The notes beneath the pieces are model-generated. The model saw only the letters and a list, made by a program, of their open reading frames with translations. It had not been told where the DNA came from and did not search any database. DNA of 64,000 bases, from the NCBI GenBank assembly GCA_046563655.1, contig CM102285.1:4092001-4156000 (forward strand), written 5' to 3'. Origin of the DNA: Yuukianura sp. NJ FZ-2021 (Eukaryota). The position numbers and the translations under genes are program-made. This document shows positions 26,401 to 36,778 of this stretch, piece by piece (position 1 is the first letter of the stretch; the number at the start of each line of letters is the position of its first letter).

Positions 26401-27460
26401 GACAATTACTTCACGTCCAAAGCCCTGGGTGAAGAACTGATGAAGCAGAAGATGTCGATGCTTGGAACGCTCAATCACAATCGAATGGATGTGATTCCAC
26501 AGTTTGTGGATCCCAAAGGAAGAGAACTCGAATCATCAGTTTTTGCATTTCAAGGAGATTTTACAATGGTGAAAGTGTTTTATTTTTGACGTAGTTTAGA
26601 TTTTTTCTGTTTTCAAATTCATGTGTGCTATTTTTCTTAATTTTAAGAGCTATTTATTTTGAATTTTGTATGAATATTCTAGGTTTCCTATGTTCCAAAG
26701 AAGAACAGAATCGTCTTGCTTCTGTCAACGCAGCATCATTCCACACAGATCGATCCAGAGCGTAAAAATAGACCTAGGATGATCCTCGACTATAACAGTA
26801 CAAAAGGAGGTGTGGATACTGCCGACCAAATGATAGCAATGTATTCCTGCCAGAGAAGCGCTGCAAGGTAAAGTTTCCGACGCGAAAGTAAATTTGAAGC
26901 TATAAAGTTAAAGCTTAAGTTAAAATGAAGTCTATATACACAAATCCCAACATGCTCATAGGAGGCCAGTGAAGCTTTTTCAAGCCCTTCTGGACATTGC
27001 TGCCTTCAACGCATACGTCGTTTACAAAATTCACAAGAGTTCGGCTGACATCACGCCCGTTTCCAACATGCGCAAAACATTCTTGAGAAGCCTTTCGGAA
27101 GGACTGATGGAACCTCTAATTTCAACAAGAGTTCAAAGGTTTCCTACAAGTCCGTTGTTTGTTCATAGAGCCATTGCGAAATTAGGTTTCGCCAACGATT
27201 CAAAAGGACCGGCGATAGATAACAACGGCGGTATAGTACCACACAAAAGTGGCCAGCAGCACCGTTGTCACTTTTGTAGAGGAATAAGGCCACGGTCCCG
27301 GGCACGAACACGGCGTAGTTGCACTGGTTGCAAAATGGAACTTTGTGCGAAGTGTGGAGTAAAAAATTTTCATTGTCCAAAATGTTACGAACAAATATTT
27401 ATATCACCACGAAAAAATATTTTTGAACCTGAACTAGGAAATGACTATTCTAAGAATTGA
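23438..27460 (+). CDS. ZAD-like / piggyBac transposase-derived fusion, copy 3, 8 exons
   Basis: Same exon architecture with open frames. The DDD residues are kept (VDEM, MDNYF, GGVDTADQ) but FRG is replaced by VKR and RWP by RRP. Confidence 0.85.
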
Positions 27461-28173
27461 AGTTTATTTGCTCAGTTAGACATTTAATACGTTATTAGAC
27501 ATTATAGTTATTACTTATGTAGTTTCGAAAGTTTTCAAAATTTCTAACGTAACGGTTCCTAATACAGTGAAGATTTACGATGCTACAAAAAAGGGGTACG
27601 ATTAGTGCGCGTATTTGTGCCCCTTTCCATATGATTTATACCAAAGCCTGGGCCCCCGATTGTTGATCTTTTTATTGTTGGAATGCACAACTGACCACTT
27701 TTCGGGTTTTTATGATGCACAATTACCAATTCTAGGGTTCCTGTAATGCACAATTGCCACTTTTTTTGGTTTTCAAGTTGCACCCATAAATCGTTGGTTA
27801 CCGCACTGAACAATTTCACCGGTTTTCAGTTTTTGACATGCACAATTTAAAATTTTTGAAATTGTGCATATTAAACATAACCTTTCAACCGTTTCCATTT
27901 TTGTTGCACAAATACTAGGTTTTGGGTTACAGGTATGGTGCACCTGCTTACTTTTGTGTTTGTTTGTGTTGTACAATTTCTAACTTTTCGGTTTTTGATG
28001 TTGTACAATAATACAATTTAATTAGTAACATAATTAATTATAATACTTATCTGTATATTTTTATTTTCCGAAATCGGATTTTAAGACTTCCTTCCTTGTT
28101 TTACCTTCACAAAGCAAAGAGGTGGAAAATCTGGCATCAAATTTTGAAACTTAAGAACAGTCGAATTTAAAAC

Positions 28174-28399
28174 ATGAATTTGTTCACATATTTCTTAGCA
28201 CTTTTCGTTGTTTCAGAGGTGAAGGGCAAATTGTGGTATATTTATGTAAGTACTTCAAGACTTACGTTAGTAGGAAAATATTTATAAGAAATTAATATAC
28301 AGCGTTTAATTATTCATAAATAAGAGAATTCAATATGCTACATGTTATACATTTTGATTTACACGATGTAACTACCTGCATGCAGGGTATCAGTGGCAA

Positions 28400-28435
<36 letters not shown>

Positions 28436-28845
28436 ATGATTTTTAAAGAAAACTAAATTGATTCTGTAAGGAAACAAAACTGTTCTGGAGGATTTGGACG
28501 GAGTTGAAAAAATGTTAGGAGTCAATGGTGAGTGCTCGCTGACAGCAGTCGAATTGGTACTTGTGCGTGTGGACAGATGCACACTCACATTATTTTTTAA
28601 CCAATTATACCAATTTGAAAAGTTTGACTTTTCGGGAGGGAAAGTGGGAGTAGAAAACTGAAACGAATTTCCAAAAGATATATCTTCCCAATTTAAATAA
28701 TTTTAAACTTGAGCAAATTCATGATCCACAATATGCTGGGAGCGTCCACGAAATATTAGCGTCTGTGAGCTTCTTTTATTCAAATGGAAACACAGGAACA
28801 GGGATAATCAATGTGCTCCAGAATTTGTACTTTGACATTTCTTGG
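28174..28845 (+). pseudogene. Truncated 5' copy of the LRR-GPCR gene
   Basis: Signal-peptide exon (MNLFTYFLALFVVSEVKG) and the start of exon 2 are homologous to 31441-32000, with a stop and indels. It breaks off into a DINE-like fragment at ~28880-29040. Confidence 0.8.
28401..28437. repeat. (TAAA)n microsatellite
   Basis: About 9 perfect TAAA units. Confidence 0.9.
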
Positions 28846-29302
28846 TTATAGTAAACATAAATATTCCGTTTTAGAAAATTTTCTCGAGTGACATGACCCC
28901 TGACAACCCAAAAAATGACATTTACAAAATTTGTTGGGATTGATGAGGAGATCATTTTTTGTCCTGTGACATATGACCCTGTGACCCTCCGTTGAGGTCA
29001 TAGGTCAATTTGAAGGTTAGTTATAGGTTAGGCTAACATTTCTCTTACTTTGTTACTTAAATTTGTGAAATTTTGAAATACTAACTCAGCAAATTTCTCA
29101 GGCGGTTCCGCACATGAGCATTGTGCCGGTATCGGAGAATGATGAAAAGCTTCGGGAGAAAGTTCTGGTGAAAGCAGAAAATTTGTTTACCTCTTATGCA
29201 TAACAAATCAGTCGAATTTGGACAGCACAAGCAACAACAATACCAAAGCAATTATGTTGAAAAACTGTTCAAACTTTTTATAGTTTTCCAAAATTTTGAG
29301 TA

Positions 29303-30250
29303 ATGGGAAAAGAGTTAGAAGCTGCTGAGAAGGACAGTGACCGTGAAAACCTCATGGGTCAGGTCATCCGGGTCAACCAATTCCTTGGCGTTTTTCCACA
29401 CAAATTCTGCGGTAGCCAACTCTGTTTCCGGTGGTGGTCGGCGTCCTGCATCAAAACTCTTTTGAACCTTGCAATTCTATTGGTCTATTTTGGATTTCTG
29501 GCGTTCCGATTGGTCCTTTCTCTCTGCCATGGCCCATGGCGAGAACATACTTGTCCTCACTCAGCTTTGGTTCTGGATGGCCGGCCATGGTCTCTATTCC
29601 AATCTTCATCCAACGACTATCTTTCTACAAAAGCCAACAATTCACCGACTTTTTTCTCAATTTGGACCAGATGCGTGAATTTGTCAATTCCGACCAAGCC
29701 GTCATCTATTCTCGCCGAATCTACAAATTTTACGTCGTTTTGGCCGTCGTTTCAGCCATCCTCTTTGGGGTCAAATTCTACCTCCAACCGGCCAAACACG
29801 TTTCACTTTTGCTCTACATTGCCGAATCGTCCACAACGTGAAAATTTTTGGCGCCGTTTTTGCCGTCTACATTATCCTCATTTCGTCCGCGGCTTTATCC
29901 TTTGTCGAAGTTCTTTGTCCAGCGCTGGCCGTCGGTTTGTTCAATTCACTCAACATGATTCGCGAAACGCTGGTGGCCGAAATGCGGTAAATCATACTTA
30001 CGGCTGAAACGGAAAAATATTCGATAACGGCGGACGAAAAGATTCAGCCGGTGGACGAAAATGGCCGAAACGCGCAAAAAGGCACGAGGAAGTGTTGCAC
30101 GTCTGACGAAAGCCATGCAACGTTATGAAGTGATTGCGCAGCATCAAGGATGATAACCACTGGCTGTGGGTTTGTTCAATTCGATCAACATGATTCGCGA
30201 AGCTTTCATGACTGATTTATAGGTCAACTTACACTTCTGGGGAGCCTAAC
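29303..30250 (+). pseudogene. Gustatory-receptor-like pseudogene
   Basis: The N-terminus QFLGVFP...FRWWS followed by hydrophobic helices resembles arthropod GRs. Coding similarity switches frame (ORFs 29303 and 29431). The 3' limit is approximate. Confidence 0.5.
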
Positions 30251-31440
30251 GGACAACTCCACCACAAACGCCTCAAGCTCCTCAGGCGGGATGCTGTAAG
30301 TTCCAAAATTTTGAAAATTCTAATCGGGAATTTTGAAATTTAAAACTTTTTTTTTAAATTTGTCGTGCTTTGCTGCCTGTAAATTCGAAAAACTTAACTT
30401 GCTCGTAGACGGGCAGTTGGAGATGGACGCTGTTGAGAAGCACGTTGCAGGAAGTTTCCCGATGAAATCACGCGCGTGAGGAAATCACGACTGGAATCGC
30501 TGATTGCAACTTCAAACTCAATGAAACTATTTCTACTGACGACAAATGCAAGTCATTCATCGATTCATCCCACTCACCAAAGTGTATCGGGTCATCCAAC
30601 GTCAAGGCGGAGCAAATTTTGAAAAAATAAGTTGAAAGATTTTTCTGAAATTCTATATTTTGAAACTATTTTGAATTTTTTTTGAACAGGGTTGCATGGG
30701 AAGGAAGACCTTGCATGGAAAGGAAGTACCTTCGCTACCAAAAGGTTTGAAAAAATCATGTAAATGCTTTCCCTTCCTAAATAAAAACGGTTTATTTGCT
30801 GAAAAGTTTAGTTCTTGTGCGGGCTTTTTAATTTACTCTCCAAAAAAATTTCAACATTAATTTTGTTACTTCATTACTCAAATTGTTATAAACTAAAAAA
30901 GTTTGTAGTTTCCTTTTTCACGAAAAAAAAATACCATGTTGCGAACCAAGGATTTAAGCGAGTATTTTTTCCGCGTCCTAATTATCGTCCAGTACGTAAT
31001 GGTTAATTAGGGAAGTCTCAAATTTTTTTTACAATTTCAAAAACCTTTGGCGTCTTACGACTAATGTAGTTGAACATTTGAGGTTTAATTTTTTTAAATT
31101 AATTTTGTGGCAGCAAACCTTACTTAAATGTGGTCCCTTTTTAGATGAAAAAATTTTGGCCGGGAAATTGTCTAATGATTTAAGGAACTAATTTCCGCGC
31201 TTTAATTTTGACCCTATTAGTAAAATTTTCATTTAAAAAAAGTTTATCATAAAATTTAATTAGTAACTTAATTAGCTTTCGTGGGGCGAAACATAAATTA
31301 ACTACACCAACATTCTTGTTTTACAAACTCGGATAAACTTACGGCTTCCCACCCTGTTTTACTTTCAGAAAGCGAACGAGCGTTACACGTACAAAATTTG
31401 GAATCAAAAATTTAAAGGAATTTAAATTTGAATTTTTAAA

Positions 31441-34250
31441 ATGAACGTTTTTATAAATTTCTTAGTATTTTTTTTTGTTTCGGAGGCGGAGGGCGAATGG
31501 TATATCACGGTAAGTAAGACTTATTGTAAGCAGGCAATATTAATACAGAGCGTGTAATTACTCATAAACAAAAAAATTCAATATAATACACACTATATTT
31601 TTATTTCTAAAGGAAAACAAAATAATACTGGAAGGAAACGAAACTTTTTTGGAGGATTTCGAAGGAGTTGACAAAATGTTAACAGTCGATGGTCACTGTG
31701 CACTAACAGAAGTGGAATTGAAGTTTGTGCGCGTGAGGAGATCCACACTCGCTAATTTTTTAACACATTGCAACAATTTGACAACTTTGAAGTTGACAAA
31801 AGTAGAGTGCAAGTGGAAAACTGAAAAGTATTTTGAAAAAATTTACCTTCCAAATTTAAAATTTTTTGAATATGACCAAATTGGAGATCCATCCAATGCC
31901 TGGAACCCCCGCGAAACGTTAGAGTCTGCCATCTTCTTTTATACAAATGCAAGCACAGGAAGTGGAATAATCACAGTACTCCAGAATTTGACTTTCGACA
32001 TATCTTGCTCTAGTGCACAAGACGAATATTTGAGATTGAGCAATTCAATGTTGGAAGGTAGGAAGATTAAAGACGGCACCATTTGGAGAATGCTGTACGG
32101 CATAATTCCAACGTTCAAAATATTCCACGCATGGCACTGCACAATTGATGTGAAGTCATTGAACTTGACCTCTGTCGAAACTCTGTACTTGAAATACAAT
32201 GACCTCATCGGCGGTACCATATCACAGCTTATTCAGTCTGCTGTTGTCCTCCAAAATCTAACAATTTATAGCAAAGTTCCTGAAGCAATAGACGTCGCAC
32301 TTCTTCCCGTCAATTCACTCTTCAGAATTCAAACAGAATCGTTGAGTTTCCGCTTCAACTCGGCTCCTCCTCACTTAAGACAACAGTTCACCAAGCTATG
32401 GTGGATTTTCGTTACCTTCGGTGACATTGACCTCGGTATCTTCAATTTATCTAAAGGATTTCGATACCTTGGCCTATACAATTCAAACTTGTGGAATAGT
32501 ACAGTAAATGACATTTTGAAAAGTCGTGAATTGAAATATCTGTCCATCAATTGTCAGTATTTGGATGAAGAGTGTCCTGAAATTGACCTGGGGTTACCCG
32601 CATTGCAGTCGCTAGAAGGCTTAAATTTGCATTCTGTTGACGTCATGGTCTTAATGTTACCAGTGCGGGCGTTATTAAACGTAAAAAATTTGACACTCAT
32701 GAGGTGTACAATAGACGATACAATTGTAGACAATATTGGCAGTATTTTTCCAAGTGTAGTGAGAGTTAAGTTGGAGATGGAGGATGTTTTATCTGAAACG
32801 TTGCTGTTAGGATTTGTAAAAACCCGACCTCGGCATTTCTACATCAAAATGCCTGTCTACGATATTGAAGAAACGGTCAAACGTCAGTTTATGAAAGTGA
32901 TCAAAAAAATTTTAAACGCAACAATCCCCGACAACACGTTTGTAGGACAAAAGGTACTACTGTTCACTTTAGGTGACACAGATGGCTATCGGTTTGCTCG
33001 CGTCGTTCGTTCCCGCTTTCTCAGGAAAGAGTACAGAATTGCGCATTTTTTGAAATTAAATGGATACTCAGAAAAACAAATAACTTCAATGCTGTTGTCA
33101 CACATTTACTACACCTACATGACATTTTTGTACTTCATTTGTGGTATGGGACTAATTTGCAACTGCTTGAGCTTCGTTGTGCTCATGCGTAAAGTAATGC
33201 GCAGTTCAACAAGTATACTTCTATTGGGACTCACATGTTGCGATTCGATGTTCTTGATTGCAGCGTTTGTTACGTCGGAGGAATTCAGTAACTTATTTCT
33301 TGAAAAATTCCGGCGCTCGAAATGGAATGGATACGTTGCTCATCCAATCAGCAAGACAAGTAAGCATACGTTTTAATTTTATGTCTCTAGGTTCGTAATA
33401 GATTAAAAATAGAATATATGTACAAGAATATACCTCATTTTCAGTGTACACAGCCTCTGTATACATGACGATATTGGTTACGGTGGAACGCTTTGTTGCA
33501 ATTTCGAAACCACTCCATGCGTCATCAATGTTTACAATTCGCAAAGCACGACGTTACACAATGCTAGTATTCGGATTTGCAGCATTTTTAAATTTACCTC
33601 GGTGGTTTGAATTTATAAAATGGAGCTACGAAGCATCGTCTCCTGAGTGGAGCACATACTTCCCGCGTCAGTTGCACAGATACCCACTCTATCAACTTAT
33701 TTACCAGCAAGTATTGTGGTACACATTCATCTACTTGGTTCCCTTCGTTACCATCGTTCCACTCAACATACTTATCATTCCAAAGGTAAATTTCAAAACA
33801 AAAGTTATACAAAAAAAATCATGTTAAATGTTTAAGGTGACCAAAGCAGCGAGAGAGCGGCGCCTCACTGCAACCAGAACCACACACACTACTCCCCGTG
33901 CCCATGACAGTTCTCTGAGCAGATTGCTGCTTTCAGTTGTGTTTGTGTTCATCCTGCTTAACTCTGTGGCAGCTGCACTGGAACTCAACTTTATTCTGAA
34001 TGGAGTGGAGCCTGAAGTGGCAGCCACAATTGTCTCTCTCCCCATACTCATCAACTCTGCTCTCAATTTCATCCTCTACTCATTTCTCGGGTCCAAATTT
34101 CGCACACAGCTTAAACGTCTACTAAAAGAAGTTGCAACATGGATTTCAACTAAATGTACTTCTAGAAGAATACGCGGGTCTAATACAATGGAGTTAAGCG
34201 AACGTAGTTACGTAACTACATCGTCCCATGTTAGAAGTTTAAGAAATTAA
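31441..34250 (+). CDS. Class A GPCR (FMRFamide-receptor-like 7TM) with signal peptide and large leucine-rich-repeat-like ectodomain, ~856 aa
   Basis: Exons 31441-31509, 31613-33359, 33445-33785, 33837-34250 are in frame. Signal peptide MNVFINFLVFFFVSEAEG; LxxLxL units (NLTTLKLT, LPNLKFF, VETLYL, LQNLTI, LKYLSI, LEGLNL, VKNLTL); 7TM motifs GLICN, L.CCD, TASVYMT..VTVERFVAI.KP, NLPRWFE, INSALNFILY...SKFR. Confidence 0.85.
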
Positions 34251-34360
34251 ACACAAAATATACGCGACGAATTCATATTTTTGCTAAGATGTCTTTTAGT
34301 TTACTTTTTTCTTTTACTCGTTGATGAAAAAGTTGATGAAATTTTGGAACATTTAATTTC

Positions 34361-34687
34361 TCATCCGGCTACTCGGCAGCAGCATTCCTCTGACAGTCTT
34401 CCGTCAGGGTATCGTTCCATAGCATAAGCACAGTTTCCCGGACATGTCAAAGGTTGGCGATTTGCGTCAGCGCAGATCGTAGACCTGCACTGCTCAACTG
34501 TCTTGCGAGCTATAGATTTAAAGTCAAAAAATGGATTTTTATAAAAATTGCTCAAATTTCAAAATTTCCAAAAAAATCACATTTTCAAAAACTTGGTAAC
34601 TATAGAATATAGTAGAACTCACCAATTTCTTGGATGTGAACTCCAGCTAGGCAAAGTGTGACCAACTACCAAAATCATTTGTCTCAT
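34361..34687 (-). CDS. Small secreted Cys-rich (defensin-like) peptide; +1 frameshift in the signal exon
   Basis: Exon 2 (34509-34361) encodes ARKTVEQCRSTICADANRQPLTCPGNCAYAMERYPDGRLSEECCCRVAG*. Exon 1 (34687-34623) reads MRQMILVLVTLCLAGVHIQEI if one extra G is removed. Intron is GTGAGT...TATAG. Confidence 0.6.
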
Positions 34688-35072
34688 TTTTGGCAATTTC
34701 TGTTCAATTTTGATTGTTGTGCCAATTTCAAAAACTGTTTTGAGTCACTTCACACGAAGCTTCTTAAAAAGAAGTGTGAATTAAAATAAGTACCACAAAT
34801 TAAGTTAATTAAGTCAATCTACATAACTGCTTAGTAACTATTGCTATTTGACCTAATTTGACTCAAGGCTACAAAATGCCCGCGAATTAAATTAAGTTTA
34901 AAAATTACAGACGACGTGACCTTGAATTGACCTTTGACCGTGTTAAACACTTTAAAATAAAAAGAATGTCTATCATCGTACGATGTCGCATGCACACTTT
35001 CGTTTAAAAAATGCAATCAATTTGTTAGTCCGCGACTTCAATTTTTCTAGCAAGTTGTAGTTGTGGTTACAA

Positions 35073-36448
35073 CCCGGTAAACACGAGCGTAACGGCAATG
35101 TGAATAAACGGTAGCTGAAAAGTAGTCACGGCTTGGTTCATAAACGCCCCATTCTACGGTGCGCAAATCGTGCACCTGTTTTGGGCGTCGAAACTGTGCA
35201 CTTTTTTCAGGCACAAAAGCAACTACTTTTCCGTTATGATATATGTACACTAATTGCATTCGCTATCAATCTGCCCTACGTATGACTCCAGCACCGAAAA
35301 TGCACAATAAACAAAACCACAATACACATACATTTTACGATAATTTTATTAACATGGTAAATGTAACAGATCTAAATAGCAACAAAATTAATCTTAGTTT
35401 AGTTATATTATTTAACTACAATAGTGACAAGAACAGTTATGTACTTAACATTTTATAAACATACTCCAGTTAATTAGATTGTTTAATGAAGTACACAGGA
35501 AAAAACACATGAATTGGGACATATGAATTGATGGATTGTGGCACACAGTTGGAATTAAAGCCGGAAATGATTCTGTTACAGTCAATCCCACTACCTCTCC
35601 GACTGATGTTGTCGACCGATGCTCTTGTTTTGGGTCACTGCTTTCCAGTTGGAGTGTGCTGCGTGGATCTCAATTCCTCGGATCGATTGTAGGCATTTTC
35701 GTAGTGTTCTAGAAATGATAAGAAACGATTTATATCAATAGACAGCTCTAGGTACAAGCAGTGTGACCACAAGAGAGTTGAGATATGAAAAAGAGCTTAC
35801 CGTATGATTAAATCAGTTTACACTTATTTCCTTGCCAGTGACACTGTCCCCCCCCCCCCATCTACTAACCAAGTTGATGGTATCACGGTGTATCGTTGCT
35901 CCTTTGCAAAATAAACTAATGCGAACTTTTTCATTTTAAGTCGTTATTTCCCCTGAATGGAAAATGAAAATGTCGTCAAAAACACCAAAACAAAAGAACA
36001 ACTGGAGTAACGGTTGACACTATGTTTTTGTACGAAAAAAAGGAAGACGTGATGGAAACCGAAACGATTTCGGTGACAAGCCGGTACTAACTTTAACGGA
36101 ACTGCGTGTACATCTATTATCAGCACCGTTAACACACCCAAAATGACGCAATATTGAGACAATGGAACTATTGTTCCAATACCGCGCCGGCGATGCACAT
36201 GAAAATTAGTAGAGGATGAGAGCTGTTTTTTATGCACATTTTGTGTTCGGTAGAGTTGGAGCAATTCCAGCGAATAAAATTCCCGTACACATTTGCTCCA
36301 TTTTCGTTATCATACATTAACTGAATAAAATTAGTGTACATTTCCGCCGCGTTTAACGTTATTCAATTATCAATGCCCGGTTTTACTGCACAATCCCGGC
36401 ACATGTGCACTGATTTTATTCACATCGCCGTTAAGTGTGTTGATCGGG
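35073..36448. mobile_element. Non-autonomous CCC-terminated DNA transposon (CACTA/EnSpm-like)
   Basis: Imperfect ~35-bp TIRs CCCGGTAAACAC...TAACGGCAATGTGAATAAA / TTTATTCACATCGCCGTTA...GTGTTGATCGGG, flanked by AA on both sides. TGCAC-rich subtermini; decayed exon-like segments inside. Confidence 0.6.
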
Positions 36449-36778
36449 AAACGTTCCTCAAAGGTGGTTCCTTTTTAATGAAAAAAAAATCGTGGCGGGA
36501 ATGATTTATTTTTTAGTATTTGAAACTTTTTTTCCTGCGCTTTAATTATGGTGCAGTACGCATTAGAGAATTTGTAATTTTTCCAAAAAGTTTATTACAT
36601 AAATTAATTAGTAGTTTAATTAGTTGGTTCTTTGTATATTTAATTAGTATATTTTTATTTTACGAAATCGGATAAATTTAAAGCTTCCCTGCTTGTCTTA
36701 CCTTTCACAAAGCAAGTAGAAGTAGAAAATCTGGCATCAAATTTTGAAATTTAAAAAGTTTACAGTCGAATTTATAAC

